A stretch of 64,000 nucleotides of DNA from Candidatus Moraniibacteriota bacterium (GCA_052034975.1 JBPOIA010000003.1:49251-113250); one strand, 5' to 3'; shown: positions 45,333-53,927, numbered from the stretch's first letter. The notes: a model not told the origin generated them from the letters alone. Program-made: numbers and translations.

Positions 45333-47789
45333 TTAGGATCCGTTCGTGGTACGGAAAGAAAGGACCGTTTCTGGCGTCAGGACGAAGACTTCGCCAGTTT
45401 TTTCGTTTATAGAAACAGCGAGACCGCTGCCGAACCGTTCCGAGAAGTATTGTGAGAGTATCGTTCCATCCTGGTTCCAGACCACGACACGCTTGTTTTC
45501 TGGATCGAGCACAGAGATGTGTCCGAGTGCTGACTGGACAGAGAGAGATCGTACCTGGAGCGGTGCTGTCGGGGATTCAAGCGTTCCGGTTTCCCGTCCG
45601 CGCGAGAATATCCGCACAGAAGACCGGTCGGTCGAAAGAAAGATGTTTTCGCTGACAGCGAAAGAAGCGGTATCGTCGAGGGAGAGAGAATTTTTTAGCC
45701 AGATGGTTGGCGCTCCAAATCCGCCTTCGGCGCGGGGAAAGCGGTAAATCTGATCGTTTTCGCTGTCGAGGACGTAGAGGTAGGTGAGATAGGTTCCGAT
45801 TGAGCGGATACGGGAATTTTCCGGTAGAGAGAGGTCGTTTCTGACGAATGTCTTGCTAAGAGGGCTCCATGCGAAGAGTCCTCCATCTTCGGTGACGATG
45901 AAGATGAGACGAAGATCCTCCATCGCTGCGGCGAGCAGGGCACGGCGATTATCCGGCAGAGCATAGCGTTTTCCTTCTCTCGGGAAGAAAATGTTTCCGG
46001 AAGAGATAAGGAAGAGATCGTTGTTGAGGATGACGGAAGCCAAGAGGGGTTCGTCTGCGGAGAAAAATTCGGTTATTTCTCCTGTATGTCGGGCATTCTT
46101 CTCGTTTTCGATCGAAAGCGTGGTGACGGCGGGCGATTCTTCCTGTGGTGTTATTGTCGTTTCGTTTTCGGTGATGGAATCGTTCTTAACGAACAAGAAG
46201 AAGAGACCGCTGCAGATGATGAAGAGTCCGATGATGCCGCCGAGGACGATTCTTTTTGAGAGCGGTTCAAGCCGTCCATAGAAGGCGAGGCATCCGTGAC
46301 CGATGGTGCCGACGCTTCTGAGAACGAATCTTGTCCATCGCAAGAGGAAATCACCGGTATGCTTCAGGCCAAAGAGGAATGTCTCGTATGATGAGCGGAG
46401 CGTTTCCGTGAGGGCTTGTCGTGGCGCCGTTGCCGATATTTCGGTTTCCATCGGTTGTTTTGGTGTATTCTTTCGATAAAAAGCTGCCAACCTTTCTTTC
46501 AGGAAAGGAGGAATATCTTCGTTGTCCGGCTGATGATTCGCTTCCGAAGATGCCGAAAAAGCCGGAGATTCAGAAAAAGATTCCTGTCGCAAAGAACCCG
46601 TATGATTTTCTTGTGGCGAAAACGGTCGGATATCAGTCTTTTTTTTCTGGGAGACGCGGTTCTTCCATTGATGACGCAGAGAACGTGCGATAGTCCTGGC
46701 GGCGGACCTGGCTTCTCCGGAAAGGCTTTGCAGCGAAATCGCGCTTTGTTTCCGTGCCTTGCGCAGCCACTTTTTCTGGTTATTGAGGATTCTGCCGGCG
46801 GAAGAAGCCATATCTTGCAGAAGGAGGGACGCGCGTTCCAAAAAAGGATGCGATGCCGGTTCCCCAGGCGTATCTCCTTGGACATAAATATGTCCCGTTT
46901 TGGAATCAACGTATTCGATCGTCTTTTCTGTTGGAAGAGCGGCGGAAGACGGGAGTAAGTGGGCGGTTTCTTTTGGGATGGCCGGTTTGAACGCGGCCTT
47001 GCTGAAAACGTTTTCGATGGCGGAATCGGTCTTCTCAGTTTCTTTTTTTCGGTGAGGTTTTGGAAGAGGGGAAAGTGGTTTTTCAGAGAGATCGACGACG
47101 ATGACTCCCGCCATATCGAGCTCATTTACGATGGCGGTTCTCAGGAATTGCCGAAAACGTTCAGTATCATCCATACGGAGCGCGTTCTTGCGTAGGTCTT
47201 CGGGTGAGAAGAGTCGGAAGATCTCCGGAGAAGCAAGGATGACCTTGTCGTCAGGCAGCAGGCGTCCGCTTGAGATTTCGACGAAGGTCTTGAGCGGATG
47301 AGCGGAAGACTCTTCGGAAGCGAGGCCTTCGGCGATGTCGGAGAGACCCTCGTTTCGCAGCAAGAGAATCTTTCCTTCGCCGGCCGCGGAGAAATGGAAA
47401 TTATTTTTTTCGAACACGCCGATAACGCCATGAAACTTTCCAAGCCAGGCGACGTTGCCATGCTTCACGAGCTCAGCGAGCGCGAGGTTTATTTTGTGGA
47501 GCGCCCCTTCGAAGCTTTCCACGGCGCCGCGTCTCGGATTGATGAAATACTCCTTTTTCGCGACAGAAGCGAGGAAGTTTACGATATAAGCGGAATCTTC
47601 GCTTCGTTCGGAGATCTCAAATACGCCGACGAGCGTTCCGAGGCCGGCTGCCGTGACATTCTCTCCGTTTTGGCGGAATGTCTTGATGTATGGCTCGAAC
47701 GAACGTCCGTTTGCTGCAAGGATTTCAGACACAGAAATTTCGAGCTCAGGAAGCGGTTTGGTTTTTTCCGGGTATCTTTTTTCTGGCAT
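45333..47789 (-). CDS. Hypothetical 818-aa bitopic protein: cytoplasmic N-domain, single TM, extracytoplasmic beta-propeller-like repeats
   Basis: ATG at 47789. TM IVLGGIIGLFIICSGLFFLFV at about aa 520. C-terminal repeats of hydrophobic-strand motifs (LFLISSGNIFF, IFIVTEDGGLFAW, YLYVLDSENDQIYRF, ISVLDPENKRVVVWN, VFVLTPETVLSF). Convergent with, and 24 bp from, the ATPase gene. Confidence 0.6.
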   Translation of the reverse strand: MPEKRYPEKTKPLPELEISVSEILAANGRSFEPYIKTFRQNGENVTAAGLGTLVGVFEISERSEDSAYIVNFLASVAKKEYFINPRRGAVESFEGALHKINLALAELVKHGNVAWLGKFHGVIGVFEKNNFHFSAAGEGKILLLRNEGLSDIAEGLASEESSAHPLKTFVEISSGRLLPDDKVILASPEIFRLFSPEDLRKNALRMDDTERFRQFLRTAIVNELDMAGVIVVDLSEKPLSPLPKPHRKKETEKTDSAIENVFSKAAFKPAIPKETAHLLPSSAALPTEKTIEYVDSKTGHIYVQGDTPGEPASHPFLERASLLLQDMASSAGRILNNQKKWLRKARKQSAISLQSLSGEARSAARTIARSLRHQWKNRVSQKKKTDIRPFSPQENHTGSLRQESFSESPAFSASSEANHQPDNEDIPPFLKERLAAFYRKNTPKQPMETEISATAPRQALTETLRSSYETFLFGLKHTGDFLLRWTRFVLRSVGTIGHGCLAFYGRLEPLSKRIVLGGIIGLFIICSGLFFLFVKNDSITENETTITPQEESPAVTTLSIENEKNARHTGEITEFFSADEPLLASVILNNDLFLISSGNIFFPREGKRYALPDNRRALLAAAMEDLRLIFIVTEDGGLFAWSPLSKTFVRNDLSLPENSRIRSIGTYLTYLYVLDSENDQIYRFPRAEGGFGAPTIWLKNSLSLDDTASFAVSENIFLSTDRSSVRIFSRGRETGTLESPTAPLQVRSLSVQSALGHISVLDPENKRVVVWNQDGTILSQYFSERFGSGLAVSINEKTGEVFVLTPETVLSFRTTNGS

Positions 47790-47874
47790 AGGTTCCTTTC
47801 AGTATAGCACATAAATGTCTTATTCAAGAGCTTTTTCCGTGATTTTCCGACTATTATCGTTATGAATGCGGGTT

Positions 47875-47903
47875 TTGACTTTTTCTCAGCCTTTTCCTAT
47901 ACT
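47875..47903 (+). promoter_or_regulatory. Sigma70-type promoter TTGACT-17-TATACT upstream of the wHTH gene
   Basis: -35 at 47875-47880, -10 at 47898-47903. ATG at 47953. Confidence 0.6.
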
Positions 47904-47952
47904 GCTTAATGAACCGTATCGCTGATATATTTAGGTATCGTCTGAAAACGTT

Positions 47953-48558
47953 ATGTCGCTTGCTCTCTTTGACTCGCTGTTCGGATCGAAAACACGTGCC
48001 CGGCTCATCCGTTTCTTTCTTCTGAATCCCGGAATCGAATTCAGCGCCTCGACGGTTGCTGAAAAAACGCTGGTTCCGAAAACGGAGGCGGCACGTGAGA
48101 TTATCCGTCTGGCAAAGATAAAACTCATCATCGAACACTCCCGTAAAGGCCGGAAGCATTTCAGCGTCAACGAAGAATTCCCGTTCTATACGGAACTGAA
48201 AAGCCTTGTTTCGAAGCTGAATGTTCACGCACAATCGCAAGTGTTCCGTAAACTGAAAACCGTCGGAGAAGTAAAACTCATACTCATCAGCGGACTTTTT
48301 CTGAATTATCCGAAAAGCAAGGTGGATATGATTCTCGTGGTGAACAACGTGAATCGCACGAAGTTGCGGCACGTCGTTACTTCTCTTGAAGCCGAAGTCG
48401 GCAAAGAGATCCGTTTCGTCTTGATGAACAATGAGGAGCTGCATTACCGACTGAATATGCTTGACAGATTCTTTATCGAATTCTTGGAAGGTCCGTATGA
48501 AGAAGTGACAAATAAAGTGCCGGAGCTCAAGCGATTTATCGCAGGACTCAAAAAATAA
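47953..48558 (+). CDS. Hypothetical winged-helix (ArsR-like) DNA-binding protein
   Basis: TRARLIRFFLLNPGIEFSASTVAEKTLVPKTEAAREIIRL, a wHTH N-domain. A consensus promoter lies upstream. Confidence 0.55.
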   Translation: MSLALFDSLFGSKTRARLIRFFLLNPGIEFSASTVAEKTLVPKTEAAREIIRLAKIKLIIEHSRKGRKHFSVNEEFPFYTELKSLVSKLNVHAQSQVFRKLKTVGEVKLILISGLFLNYPKSKVDMILVVNNVNRTKLRHVVTSLEAEVGKEIRFVLMNNEELHYRLNMLDRFFIEFLEGPYEEVTNKVPELKRFIAGLKK

Positions 48559-48586
48559 CGTTTTTTCAAAAAAGAGGCACACCTGT

Positions 48587-49684
48587 ATGTTTTTGTGGGT
48601 ATCCATCGGAATTATCCTTGTCGCGGCTGGCCTTGCAGTATGGCTGGCTCTTTTTTTGCGCGGCCGCTTTGGGATGAAAACGGCGGATCAGGAAGAGTTG
48701 AAGCAGCAGATAGAATCGTTCGATCGGCGTTCTGAAGAGCGCTTGCATTTAGTCGTGAATGCGCTCAATCAGCAACTTTCCAGTTTTCAGCACACACTCG
48801 ATCGACGTCTTGACGACACAGGAAAGCGACTGGATGAACGATTGGACGGCGCGGCGCGATCGTATGCGGATGTCCAAAAGAGCCTCGAGCAGATGAAACA
48901 TTCAAGCGAAAAGATCCTTGAGGTCGGTCGCGAGGTCGCGTCGTTGCAGGAGATCTTGAAGGCTCCGAAGATCCGGGGAGGTTTTGGTGAATTGATGCTC
49001 AAAGACCTGCTTTCCCAAATGCTGCCGAAAGAGCATTTCGCTTTGCAACATCCGTTCAAGAGCGGCGAAGTCGTGGATGCGCTCGTGCTCTTGAAGGGGG
49101 GTTCGGTGAGTGTCGATTCGAAATTCCCACTGGAAAACTTTAAGCGGGTACTGGCGGCCGGAACGGATGATGATCGTCGTGTCGCACGCCGGCAGTTCTA
49201 TGCGGATGTCCGAAAGCATGTCGATGCGATTGCGGCAAAATATATTGTTCCGGAAGAGGGAACGCTCGATTTCGCGCTGATGTATATTCCGGCCGAAAAT
49301 GTATATTATGAAATCATCATTAAGGATGATGACGATCAGGGCCTGCTCGAGTATTTGGCGCGCAAACGCGTGATGCCGGTGTCGCCAAATTCGTTTTACG
49401 CGTATATGCGGACGATTCTGTTCGGTTTGCAGGGGCTTCAGATTGAACGTCGGGCCAAGGAAATTATGGGACAGCTTGAAAAACTGGCACGGGAACACGA
49501 GAAATTCGAGCAGGAATTCGAGACACTTGGTGGCCATATCGGAAACGCGAGGAAGAAGTATGAGGATGCCGAGAAGCGTTTACGTCGGGTGAACGATCAA
49601 ATGGAACATACCCGGATCGGATCAGAAAAGGCGGCGGCTGCCCTGGAGGCGTCTTCAGGGGATCGGCAGGAAGGAAACGAATGA
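48587..49684 (+). CDS. rmuC: DNA recombination protein RmuC
   Basis: N-terminal TM plus coiled-coil. VDSKFPLENF..DFALMYIPAENVYYE..VSPNSFYAYMRTI, the conserved RmuC C-terminal nuclease-like region. Confidence 0.82.
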   Translation: MFLWVSIGIILVAAGLAVWLALFLRGRFGMKTADQEELKQQIESFDRRSEERLHLVVNALNQQLSSFQHTLDRRLDDTGKRLDERLDGAARSYADVQKSLEQMKHSSEKILEVGREVASLQEILKAPKIRGGFGELMLKDLLSQMLPKEHFALQHPFKSGEVVDALVLLKGGSVSVDSKFPLENFKRVLAAGTDDDRRVARRQFYADVRKHVDAIAAKYIVPEEGTLDFALMYIPAENVYYEIIIKDDDDQGLLEYLARKRVMPVSPNSFYAYMRTILFGLQGLQIERRAKEIMGQLEKLAREHEKFEQEFETLGGHIGNARKKYEDAEKRLRRVNDQMEHTRIGSEKAAAALEASSGDRQEGNE

Positions 49685-50106
49685 AGTGGAAACATATGGA
49701 ACATTTTTCCCTCACAACGAATCAAACCGAATGGGAGAGTGATATCGCCGAATCCGGACAGGGGACCGGATTTTTTTGCAATACGATCGTTCGCACACTC
49801 TGCTTATTCGCGGCCGGGATGCTCATTTTAAGCGTGGCGCTCCTGGCTTTTTTCATTCGGCCAACGGAAGCCCTCCTGGTACTCCACTATAATGTCTATT
49901 TCGGAGTGGATCTATTGGGTGCGTGGTGGCAGGCATATATTTTGCCGATGCTCGGCGCAGGGTTTTTTAGTGGACACCTTCTATTAGCCAGTTCCTTCTA
50001 TGGGAGATCCGAACGGATCGCGGCATATCTTTTATTACTCTCGGCCGGTTTGTTGAATTTTGGCATTCTTATTGCCTGCATCGGTACGGTATTTATCAAT
50101 TATTAA
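49681..50106 (+). CDS. Hypothetical membrane protein (3-4 TM)
   Basis: ATG overlaps the rmuC stop (ATGA). Hydrophobic segments LCLFAAGMLILSVALLAFFI, ILPMLGAGFFSGHLLLA, LLLLSAGLLNFGILIACIG. Confidence 0.5.
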   Translation: MKWKHMEHFSLTTNQTEWESDIAESGQGTGFFCNTIVRTLCLFAAGMLILSVALLAFFIRPTEALLVLHYNVYFGVDLLGAWWQAYILPMLGAGFFSGHLLLASSFYGRSERIAAYLLLLSAGLLNFGILIACIGTVFINY

Positions 50107-50127
50107 AGCCATACGGATTTCTGCGGT

Positions 50128-51150
50128 ATGTCCGAACTTTTCCTCCCTCCGTTCCTTATAGCATTCGCGCTTACGGCGGGATGTATTCTTCTTTTTTTGC
50201 TCGTGCCATTGTTCCGACGCACGCTTTGGCGTCTGGATGGCCGCCATAAGCCGAAACGCTCTCTATCCCGTCTAGGAGGCATAGCGATGCTTTCCGCTTT
50301 TCTCATAACGCTTTTTCTCGATCCGCACCTGGTATTGACACGGGAATTTCTCGGTCTTTCGGTCGGTATTATGCTTATCGCATTCTTCGGCTTATGGGAC
50401 GATCTTTCAGAATTGAGTTGGAAAGTGCAGATTTTCTTTCAGGCGGCGCTTACAATCATCGTGTTTATTTTCGGCGTGAGGATTGTTTCTTTGACGAATC
50501 CATTCGGCGGGACGATCGTGTTTCCGGAAGATCATTTCGTTATCCCGGCGTTCCTCATCCTGTTCGTTTGGCTCCTCCTTGTGATGAATGCGATGAATTG
50601 GCTCGACGGGCTCGACGGATTGTGCGGCGGTGTCGCGCTGGTCACATTGGTCGCCATTTTCTTTCTCAGTCTCAAGCCGGAAGTGAATCAGCCGCCGATC
50701 GCCATCATCGCCCTTATTGGGGCAGGCGTCGTTTCGGGATTTCTTTTTTTTAATATCTATCCGGCACGCATTTTAGCCGGAACGTCCGGATCAATGTTTC
50801 TCGGTTTTTTGATCGCCGTTCTGGCGGTTATTGCCGGTACGAAGATTGCGACGGCGCTTTTGGTGCTCTCGCTTCCGATTGCGGATGCCTTCTTCGTGAT
50901 GATGAGCCGTGTGCGCGCCGGCGTGTCGGTGTTTCAGGCGGACCAAAGACATCTGCATTATCGGCTAAAAGCGTTCGGCTGGTCCGAAAGACGGATTGCT
51001 TGGACATTTTTTTTCATAACCGTCGTTATTGCCATCCTCGCGTTGCTCACCGAAGGTATGATGAAATTCGTGGCGATTCTGATTATCCTCTCGGCGGTGT
51101 TCTACGTGCTGTCATTCGTGGAGCGTCGGACAAGAAAAATTTCTCTGTAA
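50128..51150 (+). CDS. Polyprenyl-phosphate N-acetylhexosamine-1-phosphate transferase (MraY/WecA family)
   Basis: 10 TM. GLWDDL, NAMNWLDGLDGL and the cytoplasmic loop motifs of the MraY/WecA superfamily. Confidence 0.82.
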   Translation: MSELFLPPFLIAFALTAGCILLFLLVPLFRRTLWRLDGRHKPKRSLSRLGGIAMLSAFLITLFLDPHLVLTREFLGLSVGIMLIAFFGLWDDLSELSWKVQIFFQAALTIIVFIFGVRIVSLTNPFGGTIVFPEDHFVIPAFLILFVWLLLVMNAMNWLDGLDGLCGGVALVTLVAIFFLSLKPEVNQPPIAIIALIGAGVVSGFLFFNIYPARILAGTSGSMFLGFLIAVLAVIAGTKIATALLVLSLPIADAFFVMMSRVRAGVSVFQADQRHLHYRLKAFGWSERRIAWTFFFITVVIAILALLTEGMMKFVAILIILSAVFYVLSFVERRTRKISL

Positions 51151-51152
51151 AT

Positions 51153-51590
51153 ATGTCTCCAAAGAACCTCATCGGCCTCGTGGTGGTCATTCTCGGATCG
51201 CTTTTGCTGCTCAGTGCTGTTTTTTTGGCACGGCAAGAAGAAGATACGGCATCTGTCTTTGTGGGCGGGAAGACCTATCGGCTCGAAGTTGCCGCGACGC
51301 CGCTTCTGCGTGAGCGGGGGCTTTCCGGTCGAGAGAGTTTGTGCTCAGCGTGCGGGATGCTATTTTTGTTTGAGCGTCCCGGAGCGTATGCTTTTTGGAT
51401 GAAAGGAATGCGTTTTCCTCTGGATATCGTCTGGGTGACAAATGGGAGCATCTCGCATATAGAACGGCGCGTCCCGACTGACTCGAGAGAGGCGCTCGTA
51501 CCCGATCAAGAAGCCGATTTCGTGCTTGAATTCAATGCTGGTGCGATGGATGGTGTGCAGATAGGGGATCATGTCGAATGGCATCGATAG
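51153..51590 (+). CDS. DUF192-family secreted/anchored protein
   Basis: MSPKNLIGLVVVILGSLLLLSAVF, then TYRLEVAATPLLRERGLSG..MLFLFE..YAFWMKGMRFPLDIVWV, typical DUF192. ATG at 51153 is internal to ORF 51000-51590. Confidence 0.7.
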   Translation: MSPKNLIGLVVVILGSLLLLSAVFLARQEEDTASVFVGGKTYRLEVAATPLLRERGLSGRESLCSACGMLFLFERPGAYAFWMKGMRFPLDIVWVTNGSISHIERRVPTDSREALVPDQEADFVLEFNAGAMDGVQIGDHVEWHR

Positions 51591-51606
51591 GACGGATTCC
51601 GAGGAA

Positions 51607-51640
51607 CCAAAAACCCCGCGTTGCGGGGTTTGGTATTTTT
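51607..51640. terminator. Bidirectional intrinsic terminator (CCAAAAACCCCGC-GTT-GCGGGGTTTGG + TATTTTT) shared by DUF192 gene (+) and the 51675-52268 gene (-)
   Basis: GC stem with A-run 5' and T-run 3'. Confidence 0.75.
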
Positions 51641-51674
51641 CAGAAAGAAAGAACGGAATACCTGTGTTTCTCTC

Positions 51675-52268
51675 CTATCGGTAGGCGCTGACGCGCGAGG
51701 AGTATTGCTTGAGATTCTCCAATTGCCGGCTGTTCAGAGTCTTTGATTTCTCGATACCTTGATTGATCAGGGTTTTCGAGAATTCGATGGACGTCTCGGT
51801 CGTTACGGTGCCGCCGGACCACTTCACGTTCTTGCGAAGATAATCCTCGATGTAGACTTTGTGTTCGGCCGTCAGCGAGGAATCGGCGTTCTTCTCGAGG
51901 TAATGGGCGAGCGCACGGCGGGCCAAATGAGTTGTCCCGTTTCCGCGTTCAGCCTGCTCGATGAAGGAGGCTTCGGTCTCGCGGCTGAGTTCCGGCGTCA
52001 CGACGACACTCGGCTTCACTTCCGCTTGGACGTCTTCGAGAGCCGTGTCTGTTTCTGAGATGTCGGCGACGCCTGTCGAGCCTTTCGTTTCGAGTAACGA
52101 GCCGGTCTCATCGGAGGCGATCTGTGAGCGTTGGGAATACGAATAGATTCCGAATGCGATCGCGGCGACGATGAAGACACTGACAATGATGCGGAGATTT
52201 TCTTGGATCCACGCCTTTGCCTGATTGGCGGACGTGTCCTCGAACATCGGATCTTGCTGTTCTGTCAT
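51675..52268 (-). CDS. Hypothetical membrane-anchored protein
   Basis: The ORF-track start at 52277 is GTG; ATG is at 52268 (MTEQQDP). TM IIVSVFIVAAIAFGIYSY. Followed by a shared terminator. Confidence 0.55.
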   Translation of the reverse strand: MTEQQDPMFEDTSANQAKAWIQENLRIIVSVFIVAAIAFGIYSYSQRSQIASDETGSLLETKGSTGVADISETDTALEDVQAEVKPSVVVTPELSRETEASFIEQAERGNGTTHLARRALAHYLEKNADSSLTAEHKVYIEDYLRKNVKWSGGTVTTETSIEFSKTLINQGIEKSKTLNSRQLENLKQYSSRVSAYR

Positions 52269-52680
52269 AGTATGCACCTCTCTTTCTAGATTAAGCTGAG
52301 ATTTTTTAAAGTGCGCTTGCGTTGAAGCCGCTGGCCAGAAAACGCGTGTGCGTTTTCAGCCGTATCGACCCCCGTCTTTCCATAGTAGAGCGCACACTTT
52401 CCACTGTCAACTAGACAAAAATACCGTTTTTCAGCTTAATAAAAGGATTTTTTCCAGAGAAAAAGGAGTTTTTCCGAATGCGATAAGAAACGGCGATTTT
52501 TCATTCGTGCAAAACGGAGGCGCAGAAAATTTTTCTGTCTCGCACGGAGACGATCATCCGTTTTGTTGTACGACGCATCGGAAATATTTTTTGAGAAATT
52601 TTTTTCTATAATTTTTTTAGTCAAGAAAAAAAATTTTGCATTCATCACGCACAGACTCTTGACACGTATTCATTTTCTCT

Positions 52681-52707
52681 TTGCATTTCTGAAAAAAAGA
52701 GTATAAT
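52681..52707 (+). promoter_or_regulatory. Candidate promoter TTGCAT-15-TATAAT driving the micro-ORF leader
   Basis: -10 TATAAT at 52702-52707 is perfect; -35 at 52681-52686. About 150-nt leader with hairpins (ATACGG..CCGTAT at 52716-52736; TCGCATA..TATGCGA at about 52808-52826) before the SD. Confidence 0.5.
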
Positions 52708-52860
52708 AAAAACATACGGAAGAATTTTTTCCGTATCGCGTACAGAAACACAAATGTCGCGTTAAAAAATAAAAAAGAAATTCCTCTTCCCGGATATTCT
52801 GATTCGCATAAACCTATGCGACAGAGAAGAAGGGAAGCGGTTCTGGAGGAGGTGACTATT

Positions 52861-52941
52861 ATGGCAGCCAAGAAAAAAGTAGCGAAGAAGAAGACCGCGA
52901 AGAAGACGACCAAAAAGAAGGCCACCAAGAAGCGCAAGTAA
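52861..52941 (+). CDS. 26-aa lysine-rich micro-protein (MAAKKKVAKKKTAKKTTKKKATKKRK)
   Basis: Not in the ORF track because it is under 60 codons. Strong SD GGAGGAGGTG 7 nt upstream. Its own promoter and structured leader lie upstream, and an intrinsic terminator lies immediately downstream. Confidence 0.55.
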   Translation: MAAKKKVAKKKTAKKTTKKKATKKRK

Positions 52942-52972
52942 TGTTGCCTTCGGTTCTTTTGGTTCGACAAAA

Positions 52973-53005
52973 CAAAAACCCCGAAATCGGGGCTTTTGTT
53001 TTTTT
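52973..53005. terminator. Bidirectional terminator AAAACCCCG-AAAT-CGGGGCTTTTGTTTTTTT between the micro-ORF (+) and prmC (-)
   Basis: Hairpin plus T-tract on plus, A-tract on minus. Confidence 0.7.
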
Positions 53006-53014
53006 AAAGAAACG

Positions 53015-53920
53015 TTAGAGGACGATGACGGCGACGCGATCGCGACCGGAAAGGTCTGGGTATATGGCGATAGTAGCTTTTGGAAAATGTCCTGTGAGGA
53101 TTTTTTTGAGAAGGGGCGTTTGTTCGGGGCTGATTTCAAGGAAAAGAGTGATCGGTTGCTTATGAGAAGTCTGGCTTTTTACGCGATTATGTAAAAAGTC
53201 AGTAGGGATGGATTTTGCTTGGTCGAGCAATCGGAAATAGTGATCCAATCCTTGTTGGGTGCTTACGAGGGCGGTTTTCGGTTCGAATTGTTTCACGTCA
53301 TCTTCGGCGGACTGCCAGATTTCCTCGGAGAGGTAGGGGAGGTTGGCGGCGATGACGATCTCATCCGCTGTCGTGAGTTTTTCTCTTATCGGATCGAGAA
53401 GATTTCCTCCGTGAAACGATATGATGTTTTCAACGCCGTGTTGTTTGGCATTTTCTTGTGCGACGGCAAGTGCTTCTCTGGAGATATCGGTGGCATGGAA
53501 TTCATAGGTCGGATTTCTTATCTCTTTCGCGAGGGTGACAATAATATTCCCGCTCCCCGTTCCGATATCAGCCAAAAATACAACCTGATTTGACGATTGC
53601 CGTTTCGTGTTACAGAGCGCTTTTTTTACAATGAGTTCAACGAGGAGTTCGGTCTCGGGGCGGGGAACGAGCGTCGCGGGAGTGACGAAGAAATCTCGGC
53701 CGTAGAATTCCTTGTTCCCGACGATGTAAGCGACCGGCTCGTGCTTCGAGCGGCGGGTGAAATATTCCCGCGCTTTCATTTCCGTTTCGGTATCAAGCGT
53801 ATACTCCGGATGTGCGAGGAGGAACGTCTTGTCTTTGTCAGTCGCGTGCGCAAGCAATACGAAAAAATCCCAAGGCGCGATGACTGATTGGAATTCTTTA
53901 TGCAATTCGGACAGGATCAT
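53015..53920 (-). CDS. prmC: Release factor glutamine N5-methyltransferase
   Basis: LADIGTGSGNI (SAM binding) and AANLPYL (NPPY-like). The ATG at 53920 is 7 nt after the prfA stop. The 5' extension of ORF 53015-54148 overlaps prfA out of frame and was rejected. Confidence 0.85.
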   Translation of the reverse strand: MILSELHKEFQSVIAPWDFFVLLAHATDKDKTFLLAHPEYTLDTETEMKAREYFTRRSKHEPVAYIVGNKEFYGRDFFVTPATLVPRPETELLVELIVKKALCNTKRQSSNQVVFLADIGTGSGNIIVTLAKEIRNPTYEFHATDISREALAVAQENAKQHGVENIISFHGGNLLDPIREKLTTADEIVIAANLPYLSEEIWQSAEDDVKQFEPKTALVSTQQGLDHYFRLLDQAKSIPTDFLHNRVKSQTSHKQPITLFLEISPEQTPLLKKILTGHFPKATIAIYPDLSGRDRVAVIVL

Positions 53921-53927
53921 AGAATGA

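Noticed and set aside
52300-52620. Known housekeeping ncRNAs (SRP RNA, RNase P RNA, 6S, tmRNA) in the long non-coding stretch.
   Set aside because: I could not find the conserved SRP domain IV motif, the RNase P P4 elements or a tmRNA tRNA-like end with tag ORF. Only generic hairpins are present. This needs a covariance-model scan.
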